Shown: positions 1 through 10,984 of the stretch, one piece after another
How the letters are laid out: each line of letters begins with the position of its first letter
Position numbering within the stretch: the stretch's first letter is position 1
DNA from: an uncultured Chloroflexia bacterium
GTDB lineage: Bacteria; Chloroflexota; Limnocylindria; Limnocylindrales; CSP1-4
DNA length: 64,000 nucleotides
NCBI GenBank assembly: GCA_963768655.1
Contig: CAVYIM010000009.1
Coordinates: 64,001 to 128,000, forward strand
Direction: 5' to 3'
Program-made: the position numbers and the translations under genes
Notes under the pieces: model-generated
Database searches by the model: none
What the model was told of the DNA's origin: nothing
The model's input: the letters and a program-made list of their open reading frames with translations, nothing else

Positions 1-428
1 GCTTCTTCCGAATCGAGACCCGAGACCGCGGTCAGGGCCAGGGCCGCGCGCTCGAGCCGGCTGAGCCGGGCGAACGCGGCCCGGACGTCGAGCCAGCGGG
101 CGCGCTGGTCGAGATCGAGCGCCGTCTCGATGGCGCGGGGGCCGATCAGCCGGCGCAGCCGCCGGAAGCGATCCGTGGCCAGGTGGCGGGCGGTCGTCAG
201 AAGCCAGGGCAGCATGGGCTCGCCCCAGTCGACCGAGTCGCGCCGCTTCCAGAGTCGCGCGAACGACTCCTGGGCGATCTCTTCGGCGGCCGGCCAGTCG
301 TTCGTCCACGCCAGGGCGAGGCGAAAGACCGGCGTCCAGCAATCCGCGTAGGCGCCCTCGAAGGCGCGCCTCGTCGGCTCTGCGGAGCCGGCCGACGCAG
401 TGGCGGCGGGAACGACGATCGGCATCAT
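1..428 (-). CDS. ECF-type RNA polymerase sigma-70 factor (3' end runs off the window)
   Basis: Manual translation of the minus strand: ...FEGAYADCWTPVFRLALAWTNDWPAAEEIAQESFARLW...PWLLTTARHLATDRFRR (sigma region 2), then ...VRAAFARLSRLERAALALTAVSGLDSEEA (start of region 4). Absent from the ORF track because it is open at the window edge. Confidence 0.85.
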   Translation of the reverse strand, partial: MMPIVVPAATASAGSAEPTRRAFEGAYADCWTPVFRLALAWTNDWPAAEEIAQESFARLWKRRDSVDWGEPMLPWLLTTARHLATDRFRRLRRLIGPRAIETALDLDQRARWLDVRAAFARLSRLERAALALTAVSGLDSEE

Positions 429-515
429 CACTTTGTACACGCCGGAGACGGCCGTTTCGTTCTACGGTAGTGGCAGACGGCGATCGAATCGAGCCGTGAA
501 GCGGAGGAGCGAGCG

Positions 516-1307
516 ATGGATCTGGGTCTGGCAGGGCGGACGGCCCTGGTCGGCGGCGCCTCGGCCGGCCTCGGGCGCGCCAGCGCGGAGCGGCTCGCGG
601 CCGAGGGTTGCCGGCTGGCGTTGTGGTCGCGCGGCGGCGAGGCGCTGGAGCGGACGGCAAGTGAGATCCGGCGCGCTCACTCGGTCGAGGTGACGACGAT
701 CTCCGGCGACGCCGCCGATCCTGCGACGGCTGGTCGGGTGGCGGCTGCCGCCGAGAAGGCTCTCGGCCGAGTCGACATCGTCGTCCTGAACGCCGGCGGG
801 CCGCCTCCCTCCGAGGCGACCGCGACGGACCCCGCGGAGTGGCGGCGCTCGTTCCAGCTGCTGGCGATAACGCCGATCGAGCTGACCACGCTCTTGCTCC
901 CGGGCATGCGTGAGCGCCAGTGGGGCCGAGTCGTGTCGATCATGTCGTCGGGCATTCGACAGCCTATTCCCGAGCTTGTGTATTCGGGCGCGTGCCGGAG
1001 CGCGCTGGCCGCCTGGCTCAAGACGATCTCGCTCGAAGTCATCGTCGATGGCGTGACGGTCAACGGCGTCCTGCCGGGCCGGCTCGACACGGCGCGGGTC
1101 GCCTCGCTCGACCGGACGCGGGCCGAACGCGCCGGCACGACCGCCGCGGATGTCAGGGCGGCATTCGAGCGGGCGATTCCGGCCGGCCGCTACGGCGACC
1201 CAGACGAGCTCGGCGCGTACGTGGCCTGGCTCTGTTCGGACCCGGCCCGCTACCAGACCGGCACCTTCGTCCCGATCGACGGCGGCTCGTTGCGCGGCCT
1301 GCCGTAG
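516..1307 (+). CDS. SDR family oxidoreductase (3-oxoacyl-ACP reductase-like)
   Basis: MDLGLAGRTALVGGASAGLG Rossmann motif, LNAGGP, YSGACR, C-terminal GTFVPIDGG; GGAG RBS upstream. Confidence 0.9.
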   Translation: MDLGLAGRTALVGGASAGLGRASAERLAAEGCRLALWSRGGEALERTASEIRRAHSVEVTTISGDAADPATAGRVAAAAEKALGRVDIVVLNAGGPPPSEATATDPAEWRRSFQLLAITPIELTTLLLPGMRERQWGRVVSIMSSGIRQPIPELVYSGACRSALAAWLKTISLEVIVDGVTVNGVLPGRLDTARVASLDRTRAERAGTTAADVRAAFERAIPAGRYGDPDELGAYVAWLCSDPARYQTGTFVPIDGGSLRGLP

Positions 1308-1336
1308 CCCGGACGAGGGGCACCGGCCGCTCGGCG

Positions 1337-3937
1337 TCAGGCGGCCTCGGCGTGCCGGCGTTCCCGACTGGGCGGATCGGCCGGCGCGACGATGGCCGGG
1401 CCTTGGCTCGCCCCGGTCCCGGCTTCGGCCCCCTCCGCATCGTCTCGATCTATCTTGAACCTGGCCGTGGAGCCCTCCAGCTCGCGGGCGATGCTCGTCA
1501 GCGCCGACGCGGCGTCGTTCACTTCCTGGGCTTGATGGGATACTTCGACGGTCGTGGCCGCCACGCGTTCGGCTGAGGCAGCGTTCTCCTCGCTGATGGC
1601 GGCCACGTTCTCGACCACTTCGAGCGCCTCGCGGATGCCGGCGGCGGCGGTCTCCGATCGTTCCGTGTTCGCCTCGACGACGGTCGAGACCTGTTCGATG
1701 GCCGTCGTGAGATCGTCCATGACGCTCGCCACCGCCTGGTTGGCATCGACCATCTCGGCGGTTTCGCGCTGCGTGGTCGCCGCAGACTGGAGCAGCTCGT
1801 CCAGCGCCTGACCCGAATGCCTGGCCAGGGACGAGCCTTCGTGGACCTTCTCCATGGCCGCGTCCATCGCCTCCGCGGCGTGCCGCGCGCTGGATTGGAC
1901 CGTGCCGATGATCGTCCCGATCTCCTTGGTCGCGGCCGCCGATTTCTCCGCCAGCTTGCGAACCTCGCTGGCGACGACGGCGAAGCCCTTGCCCTGCTCG
2001 CCCGCTCGGGCGGCCTCGATGGCGGCGTTCAGCGCCAGCAGGTTGGTCTGCGCGGCGATGTCCTCGATCGTGGCGACGATCTCGCCGATCTCCTCGGCGT
2101 GGGCGTTCGTCTGCTGGATGATCGTCGCGGACGAATCGACGGCCCGCTCGATCGACTCCATCTGCGCCAGCGTCTGGCGGAGCAATTCTGATCCGCGCTG
2201 AGCCGTGACCACAGCCTGGGTCGTCGCGGCCACGACGGCCTCCGAGCTGGAGGCGGCGACCTCCACGGCATGGGCTATGTGGGCGGCCGTCTGTGACAGG
2301 CTGCCAACGGATCGCGCCTGGTCCCGGGCACCCGCGGCGATCGCGTCGACCAATTCCGCGATACGGTGAAGGCTGTTGCTTGCGCGTGTCACCGCGGCGG
2401 CTTCGTTGTTGGCCGCCTCTGCCATCTGCGAGACGGTGTGGGCGATGTCGCTTGTCGCCGTCCCGGATGACTCCGCCGTGGTCGCCAGATCGGTGCTCAC
2501 CACCATCAGCCGCTGGGCCCGATGGCTGAGCGTATACATGAGCCCGCGCAGGCTGGACAATTCAGAGTTGAACGTCGCGACCGGCACGCCCGCGGCGACC
2601 GCCCTGTTGATCGACGCGACGAGCCCGGTGTCGTTTACCGGCGTTGCCAGCGCGTCGTAGCCCTGGTGCGCCAGCGACTCGATGGCCGGGCCACGGATCG
2701 ACAGATCCCACGCCAGGTTCGGCTCGGGGACGATCCACTCCACGTCCGCGTTGTATGGTCGAAGCTCTTCGGCGGCGGCCAGGGCACCATCGCGGACGGG
2801 ATACCAGAACGAGCTGTCCTCGATCCCGACGATGCCTATGCGCAGCCTGCGGGGCGAGGTCTTCATCGGTCTGGGCCGCCGCTCGATCGTCGCCTGCGAC
2901 TGGATCACGCCCTTGCCCGCCCGCCAGAACTGGCCCCAGTTCTCTGCTGTGACCAGGTCCATCGCGGTCAGCAGGCGTGGATCCTGCGGCTGCCAGCCTG
3001 CGGCCAGGTGGTTGAACAGATGTATCGCCACGTCATGGCCCTGGGCGTAGGGATCCTGGCCGACCGTCGCCGAGATGACGCCCTTAGATACGTAGGGCAT
3101 CACTTCGTCGGTCAGGTCGTGACAGATGAGCGTGACGCGGCCCGCCAGGCCGGCGTTGACCAACGTCAGCGCGGCGCCGGTGGCCGGGCCGGTGCAGTAG
3201 ATGCCCGCCAGGCGCGGGTACTTCCGCAAGAGCGAAGCTGGGACCTCGGCCTGGTCCGTCGACTCCAGGACTTCCACGATCTCGATACCCGGATACCTCT
3301 CGCGCAGCATCGACCCGAAGCCTCTGCGGCGCACTTCGAGGCCGGTGTTGCGCAGGTTGCCCGACAGGACGATCACCTGGCCGCGGCCGCCGAGCGTCCG
3401 GCCCATCAGGTCGCCGCAGGTCTGACCCTGCAGGTACCCGTCGGGACCGACATAGAAGAGTCGCCGGCAGGCTTCGTCGGTAACGCTGTTGAGTTGCTCG
3501 GCGCCTTCGGCGAGCCTGGCCGCGATCTCGTTGACGACCTCGCCGAGGTGGCTGACCTCCGCTGCGCAGGTGGAGTCCAATGCGATGGCGCGCGTACGAG
3601 GCTCGAGCCGGCTGGTCAGATCGCCCTGCGCGACGGAGCTGAGCATGTCCGCAAAGGCCGCGGCATCCTCCGAGGCGAGCGCTTCCGTGGCGATCGTGAT
3701 GCGGGCCAGCGGCCGCGACATGGTCAGTCGCACGATCCCGAGCGTCACGGCCCAACCTGCCGCCATCCCGAGGCCCAGGATCGCCGGCGCGCTTCCGGCT
3801 ACCGACGCCCCGGCCAGGGTGGCTATGACCCAGACAGAGATGCACAGCAGGCCAAGCCCCAGGCCGGCGTACGTGACCCCTCGAAGCAGCAACGGGCCGG
3901 CGGCAGAGACCGTCGAGCGCAGGAATCTCGGTGTCAT
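1337..3937 (-). CDS. Methyl-accepting chemotaxis protein: 2 TM + HAMP + circularly permuted sugar-binding PBP-I domain + MCP signalling domain
   Basis: [38 protein letters not shown] hairpin-tip motif; two N-terminal hydrophobic helices; RbsB-like segments in between. Start placed at ATG 3937 after GGCGGAG. Confidence 0.9.
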   Translation of the reverse strand: MTPRFLRSTVSAAGPLLLRGVTYAGLGLGLLCISVWVIATLAGASVAGSAPAILGLGMAAGWAVTLGIVRLTMSRPLARITIATEALASEDAAAFADMLSSVAQGDLTSRLEPRTRAIALDSTCAAEVSHLGEVVNEIAARLAEGAEQLNSVTDEACRRLFYVGPDGYLQGQTCGDLMGRTLGGRGQVIVLSGNLRNTGLEVRRRGFGSMLRERYPGIEIVEVLESTDQAEVPASLLRKYPRLAGIYCTGPATGAALTLVNAGLAGRVTLICHDLTDEVMPYVSKGVISATVGQDPYAQGHDVAIHLFNHLAAGWQPQDPRLLTAMDLVTAENWGQFWRAGKGVIQSQATIERRPRPMKTSPRRLRIGIVGIEDSSFWYPVRDGALAAAEELRPYNADVEWIVPEPNLAWDLSIRGPAIESLAHQGYDALATPVNDTGLVASINRAVAAGVPVATFNSELSSLRGLMYTLSHRAQRLMVVSTDLATTAESSGTATSDIAHTVSQMAEAANNEAAAVTRASNSLHRIAELVDAIAAGARDQARSVGSLSQTAAHIAHAVEVAASSSEAVVAATTQAVVTAQRGSELLRQTLAQMESIERAVDSSATIIQQTNAHAEEIGEIVATIEDIAAQTNLLALNAAIEAARAGEQGKGFAVVASEVRKLAEKSAAATKEIGTIIGTVQSSARHAAEAMDAAMEKVHEGSSLARHSGQALDELLQSAATTQRETAEMVDANQAVASVMDDLTTAIEQVSTVVEANTERSETAAAGIREALEVVENVAAISEENAASAERVAATTVEVSHQAQEVNDAASALTSIARELEGSTARFKIDRDDAEGAEAGTGASQGPAIVAPADPPSRERRHAEAA

Positions 3938-4267
3938 CTTTACTCCGCCTCGAACCTCAAGCTGGCGACGCTCCTTGACCGCACGATCTGCTTCGTGAGA
4001 CTCCCCGGGACGCCATGCGCAGGGCCGTTTCATCGCTGGGAGAGGAGCCCTTTCCAGTTGTCGGTCGCCACTCGGCTCCCCTTCAGCGGGAAACTGGGCG
4101 GGCTCACCACCGACAAGCGACCGCCAGTGGACGGGGAGCAGCCCATAGATGACCCCCATCGCGCGGAACTGGCCCTGTCGCTGCTATCACCTGGCGCTCC
4201 CGCATCGCGGGCACGAGACGAGCGGTCCAACAAGACGGGTGGCTCGACTGGGACCGGCGTCGTGCGA

Positions 4268-7222
4268 TCAGGCTCCGGAGTCCACGTCCCCGGCGACTGT
4301 CGGGGCATCCAGCGTCTCACGAACTGCCTCGAGCAGGGCGGCCACGCTGAACGGCTTTCCGAGCAATCTGGCTCCCTCGGGGAAGGCAGCTCCACCGGCC
4401 TCACCGGAAATATGGCCCGAGATGAAGAGGACCCGCGGAGGCCGAGAGGAGGCCTCCAGTTCGGCCGCAAGGGCCACGCCGGACTCCCCCGGCATCGTAA
4501 CGTCGGACAGGAGGAGGTCTATGTCGCCCGCGTGTTCCGACCACAGCTCACGCGCTTCGGCGGCGCTCGCAGCGCTGAGAACGCGGTAGCCCCGGCCAGC
4601 GAGGACTCGCTCAGTCAGCTTACGGATGGCCTGCTCATCCTCCACGAGAAGGACGGTCTCGGTGCCGTGGATGGGCGGCTCGCCTCCCGCCGCGCTCGCT
4701 TCCTGGGGACTTCCGCAGGCGGGGAACACGAGCGAGAAGCGCGTGCCGTGACCGGGCTCGGAGTCGACCAGGATGTCGCCAGACGCGTTGCGAACGATGC
4801 CGTAGACAATCGCCAGGCCAAGCCCTGTGCCCTTGCCGATATCCTTGGTGGTGAAGAATGGCTCGAAGATCCGATCTCGGATCTCGGGAGCGATTCCCAC
4901 GCCCGTGTCGCATACGTCCACGAAGGTCAGAGCCTGAGCCGGGACCGGCCTGGGAGTCCAACTGCTCCGCTCCAGAGTGGATGGGTTTGATGGAATCCCC
5001 TGCGCGACCGAACGCCGGCCTGTCTCGATCGTCAGGGAGCCGCCGTCCGGCATGGCGTCACGTCCGTTGACGCACAGATTCACGATCGCCTGTTCGAGCT
5101 GCGTCGGGTCGATCAGGATGTAGCCCGCCTCCGGCCGCAGAACAGTCGACAGCTGGATCGTCGGGCCGAGCAGGTGTCGCATCATCGGCACCGTCTGACT
5201 GACGCACAGATTCACGTCCACGACCCGCGCGTTCGCCCTGGCGGGCTGGCTGAAGGTGAGCAGCTGCCGCGTCAGCTCGGAGGCTCGGTCGGCAGCCCGA
5301 ACGATCTCCTCGAGGTCGGCAGCGAGTTCGACGTTGCGAGGATTGGCCGCCCTCGCCAGTTCGGCATAGCCATGAATAGCCTGAAGCAGGTTGTTGAAGT
5401 CATGTGCGATAGCTCCAGATAGCTGGCCGAGCGTCTCCATCTTCTGGGCCTGGCGGAGCTGGCTGGCGCGGAGCTGGAGTTCCTCGATGAGCAGAGCGAC
5501 CTTCAGGACGCCGCTGATCCGAACGCGCAGGGCGTCGTAGATGAACGCGTCAGTGGGCCCCATCTCGAAGACCGCGTAGCCCAACGGATCGTCCTTGAAG
5601 AAGAGCGGCTCAACGACCATGGCGTAGGTGCGGTCGGCTGGCAGCAGCCCGTCCGGTATGGAGGTCCCCTCGACCGTGGCGTCGCGCGGGTCCTCGAGCG
5701 CTGACGGGTCGAAGGCCGGATCCTGGGCGAAGACAACCCTCGCGCCGGACGGTGGAACGTCATCATCGAGCACGAGGAAGGCATTCGTCACGCCGAGTCG
5801 CGGCAGGCACTCGCGGAGCGCCTCACCGAGCGACTCGAGATCGAACGCCGCGCTCAGCGTCTCGGCGGCCTCGGACAGCGATTGCGTGCGGCGCTCCAGG
5901 ATCAGCCGATGGTGGGCCTGGGCGTCGACGGCCTCGTCGACCAGAACCCGCGCCTCCTCCAGAAGATCCTCGACCCGCAGACCCATGCTCGGGTTCGCGG
6001 CAAGGCAGGGCATCAGCTCGCGATGCAAGGCGGAGAGCGCCGGCTGCCAGTGATCTGCCGTCACGCCAGGACGCATCATCTCCTTGAGGAGCATCGTGAG
6101 CCGTTCGGCGAAGGCGCGGGGAGAATCTCGTAGTTCGGCTGCGAGGGCGTCGAACAGGCCTTCCTCCCATCCCGCCGGAAGCGCATCGGCGAGGCCGCCC
6201 ACGGCCTCCCGCATCGCCTCGAGGATCTTGGGGCGGCGGAGCCTGAGTGCGTCGTCGACGGTGAACTCGGTCTCGGTGGGAGTGAGCGGGGCCGGCTGGT
6301 TGCCAGTCGTCGAGACGCGACCTTCGTCCGAGCTACAGCCGCAGCTGCGTCGGACGACGAGTTCCGCAGGCAGGACCAGGACATCATCGACTCGCTCGCC
6401 GCGAAGGCGCCGCAAGAGGATCTCTACGGCGAGCCTGCCCTGCTGCCGGAGTGGCTGGCGGATCGTGGTCAGAGGCGGGTCACAGTAGCGGGCCTCGCCG
6501 ATGTCGTCGAACCCGATGATGGCCACGTCTCCTGGCATCTTGATGTCGCGAGCGCGCAGTGCGTCGATTGCCCCGAGCGCCATCAGGTCGTTGGCGGCCA
6601 CCATCGCGTCGAAGACGGCGCCCCGCTCATCGAGCAGGACCCGCACGGCATCGACGCCACTTTCGTAGCGGAAGTCTCCAGTCACGACGGCCAAATCGGG
6701 CGGGGAGAGTCCATAGGCGGCCAGCACATCACCGCAAGTGCCCAGGCGATCTCGCGCCTCGAGATTGGCCTCCGGACCACCCAGGAATGCGAAATGCCGG
6801 TACTGGTGGTCCTCCACCAGATGTCGAATCCCCTCTCGCAGGGCCTGCTCGCCGTCGACGAGGATGCCGGTTGTTCCCTCGACCGCGGCGGCGAGGCTGA
6901 CCATGGGCCGCGGACGGTAGTGCTCGCAATAGCGGGCGAGATCGTCCAGGCCCAGGTAGTTGACGAAGCTGCCGGCCTGGATCACGAGACCATCGATGCC
7001 CTCGGAACGAGCCAGGTCGTAGACGGCCCTATGCCGCTCGCCGAATGGCAGCGGTGCCCGGAGCAAGCACCCGTCGATGATCACGAGATTGACGCCGGAT
7101 TCGCGCGCGGCCTCCACCACGCCGCCGACGACGGCGCTCTGGTACTCGCCCGCCAACCCGTCGGCGAGGACGGCGAACGTCAGGGCACGGGTCAACGGCT
7201 CCGACGCCCTTGGAGGCATCAC
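4268..7222 (-). CDS. Hybrid sensor histidine kinase with an N-terminal LacI/PBP-I sugar-binding domain, HisKA, HATPase and receiver domain
   Basis: LacI-type motifs [30 protein letters not shown]; H-box [10 protein letters not shown]; [18 protein letters not shown]; receiver LLVEDE...[10 protein letters not shown]...KPF. Confidence 0.92.
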   Translation of the reverse strand: MMPPRASEPLTRALTFAVLADGLAGEYQSAVVGGVVEAARESGVNLVIIDGCLLRAPLPFGERHRAVYDLARSEGIDGLVIQAGSFVNYLGLDDLARYCEHYRPRPMVSLAAAVEGTTGILVDGEQALREGIRHLVEDHQYRHFAFLGGPEANLEARDRLGTCGDVLAAYGLSPPDLAVVTGDFRYESGVDAVRVLLDERGAVFDAMVAANDLMALGAIDALRARDIKMPGDVAIIGFDDIGEARYCDPPLTTIRQPLRQQGRLAVEILLRRLRGERVDDVLVLPAELVVRRSCGCSSDEGRVSTTGNQPAPLTPTETEFTVDDALRLRRPKILEAMREAVGGLADALPAGWEEGLFDALAAELRDSPRAFAERLTMLLKEMMRPGVTADHWQPALSALHRELMPCLAANPSMGLRVEDLLEEARVLVDEAVDAQAHHRLILERRTQSLSEAAETLSAAFDLESLGEALRECLPRLGVTNAFLVLDDDVPPSGARVVFAQDPAFDPSALEDPRDATVEGTSIPDGLLPADRTYAMVVEPLFFKDDPLGYAVFEMGPTDAFIYDALRVRISGVLKVALLIEELQLRASQLRQAQKMETLGQLSGAIAHDFNNLLQAIHGYAELARAANPRNVELAADLEEIVRAADRASELTRQLLTFSQPARANARVVDVNLCVSQTVPMMRHLLGPTIQLSTVLRPEAGYILIDPTQLEQAIVNLCVNGRDAMPDGGSLTIETGRRSVAQGIPSNPSTLERSSWTPRPVPAQALTFVDVCDTGVGIAPEIRDRIFEPFFTTKDIGKGTGLGLAIVYGIVRNASGDILVDSEPGHGTRFSLVFPACGSPQEASAAGGEPPIHGTETVLLVEDEQAIRKLTERVLAGRGYRVLSAASAAEARELWSEHAGDIDLLLSDVTMPGESGVALAAELEASSRPPRVLFISGHISGEAGGAAFPEGARLLGKPFSVAALLEAVRETLDAPTVAGDVDSGA

Positions 7223-7525
7223 TTCAGCGGTCTCTCAGCCATTTCTGTTGCGGCGTCGTGGGAGGGCGTCCCACTGACGACTCGCGATGCCGTGCCGTGG
7301 ACGTGCCGTGAGCCCGGGCACTCCATCGGAGAGCACGGATGACAAGTCTGCAGGCCGGAAGACGGGTTCGTCCCACCAGGGTTTTCGGCCGGTCCGTACG
7401 GGCGGACGAATCTGACCGACGCTGGCATTGGGCCGGCGGTGGGCGGCAGGCAATGCTCGGGCCAATTGCGCCGCCGGAAGGTGGTGTCGGCGCGCAGGCA
7501 ACCGCGTCTCCCGGGAGCCCCGCTT

Positions 7526-7834
7526 TCAGTCGCCACGGTGACCCCGCGATTCGATGCTGAAGGTGCCCCAGTGGCCGGTGAACGGCAGCCAGACCTCGTC
7601 GACGCGCTCGACGATCGCGGATGCCGGGCCCTCGTGGAGGGCTTCCAGAAGATCCTCGAGATCGGCCCGCGGGCCTTCGACGACGACACGCACGCTGCCG
7701 TCCTGATCGTTGGCGACGAACCCGGTCAGGCCGCGACGCATCGCACGGGCGGCCACGAAGTAGCGAAAGCCGACGCCCTGGACACGGCCGCGAACGTTCG
7801 CCTCGAGGCGGGCCAGTTCGCCGGGCCGGCTCAT
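7526..7834 (-). CDS. acyP: Acylphosphatase
   Basis: VRGRVQGVGFR signature and GFVANDQDGSV. An alternative start at 7894 overlaps the holB stop (ATGA). Confidence 0.92.
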   Translation of the reverse strand: MSRPGELARLEANVRGRVQGVGFRYFVAARAMRRGLTGFVANDQDGSVRVVVEGPRADLEDLLEALHEGPASAIVERVDEVWLPFTGHWGTFSIESRGHRGD

Positions 7835-7890
7835 CGGCCCGCCATGCCGCGCGCCACGTGGCGGGTCATCGCGTGCGGCCCACGTGGCAG

Positions 7891-9141
7891 TCATGCCGCG
7901 CGGCCGGGTCGGGGCCAGGCCAGCGCCAGCACGTCGAGGGCCAGCTCCGGGTTGACGTTCTCGTCCAGCTGGGTCTCGACCGTCGCCAGCTGGGCGAGGA
8001 AAGCGTGCACGGAACCCGCGGGGACCGTGGGCGCCACGGCGGCCAGCTCGTCGAGCAGTTCCGGGTCGTGGAGCCGGCGACCTCCGAGCGCCACGACGGC
8101 GAGGTCGCGTCCGACCGAAGCCCAGATGGCCAGCAGCGCGGAGGCGGCCGCGCGGCGATCTGAGGCCGAAGCCTTCGGTGCGGCCAATTCGGCGGCTGCG
8201 TCCGCCTCGCCTTCGGCCTGTTGGTCGTTCGGATGGGTGGTGGCCGCGGCCGCGCGCGACGGTTTCCTGCGCCGCCCCGCCGCCCCCGTGCCGGCTTCGG
8301 TGGCCCCGCCGTCTGCGCCGCCGCCGGCCGTGCGCGCCACTTCGAGCGCCGCCTCGAGCGCCGCCGCCGAGCCCATCAGCGTGCGCACCGACGTCAACCG
8401 CTCGTTTCGGCCGGCCGTCAGGAGGTCAAGCAGACCACGGGCGATCTCGCCCCGAAGCCGAGCCGCTTCGGGGGCGCGGGCGTAGGCCAGCGCCAGGCCC
8501 GGGCATCCGCCGGCGAGTCGAGCGAACCGCGCGGCCGAGGGCGCGTCGGCGACGCCGAGTTCGCCGAGCCAGCGTTCGATCTCGCGCCCGGCGACTGGAC
8601 CCAGGCGCACCCGCACGCAGCGCGATCGAACGGTGGGCAGCAGGCATTCCTCCTCGTCGGCGCAGAGAACGATCGTCACGCCGGCCGGCGGTTCCTCGAG
8701 CATCTTGAGGAGTGCGTTTTGGGCGTCGTCGTTGATGCGGTGGGCCTGCTCGACGATCGCCACGCGCGCACCGCCCTCCACGGGCAGGAGTGCCAGCTCG
8801 CCGATGAGGTGGCGGATCGTTCCGGGTTCCGGGTCGGTGGCCTTGCCGATCCGAACCTGGCCGCCGGGGCCGTCCGGCGCGAGTCGGTGCAGGTCCGGGT
8901 GATTGCCCGAGTCGACTAGCCGGCAGCCCCGGCACGCGCGGCACGGTCGCGCCGCAGTGTCCGGGTGGACGCACAGGAGCGCCGCGGCCAGGTCCAGGGC
9001 GAGCGTGGTCTTGCCGCTCGATGCCGGCCCGACGATCAGGACGGCATGAGGGACGGAGCCACGCACCATGGCCGCGATCGAGGCCAGCCCTCCAGGCTGG
9101 CCTCGCGTCGCCGCGTTCTCTATCGGCACCGGGCCCGACAT
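7891..9141 (-). CDS. holB: DNA polymerase III subunit delta'
   Basis: HAVLIVGPASSGKT, Zn motif LLC...CRACRGC, HPDL, AQNALLKMLEEPP, LLPTVRSRC, C-terminal NVNPELALDVL. Confidence 0.9.
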   Translation of the reverse strand: MSGPVPIENAATRGQPGGLASIAAMVRGSVPHAVLIVGPASSGKTTLALDLAAALLCVHPDTAARPCRACRGCRLVDSGNHPDLHRLAPDGPGGQVRIGKATDPEPGTIRHLIGELALLPVEGGARVAIVEQAHRINDDAQNALLKMLEEPPAGVTIVLCADEEECLLPTVRSRCVRVRLGPVAGREIERWLGELGVADAPSAARFARLAGGCPGLALAYARAPEAARLRGEIARGLLDLLTAGRNERLTSVRTLMGSAAALEAALEVARTAGGGADGGATEAGTGAAGRRRKPSRAAAATTHPNDQQAEGEADAAAELAAPKASASDRRAAASALLAIWASVGRDLAVVALGGRRLHDPELLDELAAVAPTVPAGSVHAFLAQLATVETQLDENVNPELALDVLALAWPRPGRAA

Positions 9142-9172
9142 CACGATCGGGTGGTGGGCACGCGCCGGGTGG

Positions 9173-10984
9173 CTAGTCGCCGGCCTGCTCGCCGGAGGCT
9201 TCCGCGGACGTCTCGCCGTTAGTTGCGGCCGGCTTCTTGCGAGCCGGCGCACGACGCTTGGGCGCGCCTGCTGCCGGGGCTTCGCCACCCTCGGCGGCTT
9301 CGGCGGCGGACCCGGTTGCCGCGGGCTTGCGCCGGCCTCGAGCTGCCGGCCTGGCGGGCGCTTCGGCAGCCACGCCGGCGACCTCGGCGACGGCCTCGAT
9401 TGCCTCGATCGGAGCGGCCTCGGCCTTGCGACGGCCACCGCGGCGGGCGCCGGCCCTGGCCGTCTCGCCGCCCTTGGCCACGGTCTCTCCGCCTGCTGTC
9501 TCCGCGGCGCCCATTCCAGCCGCGGCGGTTTCGGACGGAGTCGCGCTCGCCGGCTCGGCCTGACGGCTCAGCTTCGTGGAGAGCTGGGCTCGCAGGAGCT
9601 CCTCGAGCTCGGGCGGGACTTCACTCCACGGCTCGGCCGAATCGCGGCCGGTGCTGCGCGGTGCTCCGCCACCGCCCCGATGCTGCTGTGGCTGCGGCTG
9701 GCGCTGCGGCCGCTCGTCGCGCCGGCGCTGCGGCTGGGCCTGTCGAACCGGCTCGGGGAAGCGCGTCGAGGATCGGCCGTAGCGTTCCCGCTCCACGGCA
9801 GAGGCGTAGGCGCTCCGAACGCCACGCCCACCCGAGCCGCGGCCCTGGCCCTGACCCCGACCGCTCCGCCGCCGCTCGGCCAGCAGGTATTCCGGGATTT
9901 CGGGCTCGGCAAAGTCGTCCTCATCCGATGGTGAGATCGGCGCGAGGCGCTCCGGCCGGCCGGCCATGCCGATCTGGGAGTCCCAGATTGATCCGAATTG
10001 ATTGGGTCGGGTCGCCGGAGTGGCCGCTGGGCTCTCCGGTTCGCCAGCCTCCACTTCTTCTGCAATTTCGGCACCAGCGACAAGCTCGCGGCCTCGGCCG
10101 CCGTGGCCGCGCCCGCGACCGCCACGGCGCCGGCGGCGGTGCCCGCCTTCTGTCCCCTGGACGTCTTCGCCGCCCTCGGCCGCCTGCCCTTCATCGGGGT
10201 TCTCGGCGAGATCCTCGACGGGCGCTTCGATCACGTCGGATTCCGCGCCGCCAGCCTGCACCCGCGAAAGCTTCTCACCGGGCAGAGCAACCAACCGAGC
10301 GGGGGCACCGCGTTCGGCTGCGCGACCCTCGCCGCGTGGCGCTCGCTCGTTCGCCGCCGCTGCGACCTCCACGCCTTCACGAGGCCCGGTCCGGCGCCCG
10401 CCACGCCCACGGCGCCCGCCGCGACCCTCGGTCTGCTTGTCGGGGACCTCGGTCATCGAGAGGTCTTCCTCGTCGCCGGCCACGCGCCGCCCCGAGCGAG
10501 TCGATTCGCGGTCAACTCGGGCGAGTTGGGTTATGTCGTAGAAGACGTCGGCAGCTTCGATCAGGTCGGAGCTGGTGTTGCCGCGGAAGCTGATGACTTC
10601 GACACGGACACCCATTTCCTGCACTGCTCGTATTGCTGGCGCGAAGTCTCCATCCCCGCTCACGACGATGGCGACATCCAGGTTGCGGGCCGTCTTCATC
10701 ATGTCGACGACCAGTTCGATGTCGAGATTCGCCTTGACCTTGCCGTCGCCATACTTGCGAATGTCCTTGCTCACGACTTTGTACCCATGCCGCGCAAGGA
10801 AGCTATGGAAGTTCCGCTGATTCTCGTTCTCGGGGTCGAGCCCCGTATAGGCGTATGCCCGGACGAAATCGCGGCCGGCCACGGCGGCTTTGAGGAGCGT
10901 GACGTAGTCGATGTCCGCCCCCGCCGCCTTCGCGGCGTAGAAGATATTCGCCACGTCCACGAAGACGGCGACGTTCTTGCTCAC
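9173..10984 (-). CDS. NYN domain (LabA/DUF88, PIN-like) protein with a long low-complexity C-terminal tail
   Basis: VAVFVDVANIF, KANLDIELVVDM, VSGDGDFAP, GVRVEV motifs; GTG start after an AAGGAG RBS. Confidence 0.88.
   Translation of the reverse strand: MSKNVAVFVDVANIFYAAKAAGADIDYVTLLKAAVAGRDFVRAYAYTGLDPENENQRNFHSFLARHGYKVVSKDIRKYGDGKVKANLDIELVVDMMKTARNLDVAIVVSGDGDFAPAIRAVQEMGVRVEVISFRGNTSSDLIEAADVFYDITQLARVDRESTRSGRRVAGDEEDLSMTEVPDKQTEGRGGRRGRGGRRTGPREGVEVAAAANERAPRGEGRAAERGAPARLVALPGEKLSRVQAGGAESDVIEAPVEDLAENPDEGQAAEGGEDVQGTEGGHRRRRRGGRGRGHGGRGRELVAGAEIAEEVEAGEPESPAATPATRPNQFGSIWDSQIGMAGRPERLAPISPSDEDDFAEPEIPEYLLAERRRSGRGQGQGRGSGGRGVRSAYASAVERERYGRSSTRFPEPVRQAQPQRRRDERPQRQPQPQQHRGGGGAPRSTGRDSAEPWSEVPPELEELLRAQLSTKLSRQAEPASATPSETAAAGMGAAETAGGETVAKGGETARAGARRGGRRKAEAAPIEAIEAVAEVAGVAAEAPARPAARGRRKPAATGSAAEAAEGGEAPAAGAPKRRAPARKKPAATNGETSAEASGEQAGD

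Noticed and set aside
2522-4990. 822-aa plus-strand ORF, and similar long antisense ORFs (16492-19068, 25261-27564, 29805-32702, 36902-38941, 54016-55602)
   Set aside because: They are shadow frames opposite well-supported genes. High GC suppresses stop codons, and the translations show no family motifs.
7330-7430. c-di-GMP-I riboswitch upstream of the hybrid kinase
   Set aside because: Only a loose GGGACG...CCGGCCT resemblance; the GGCAAAC and GCAAAGC consensus elements are missing.
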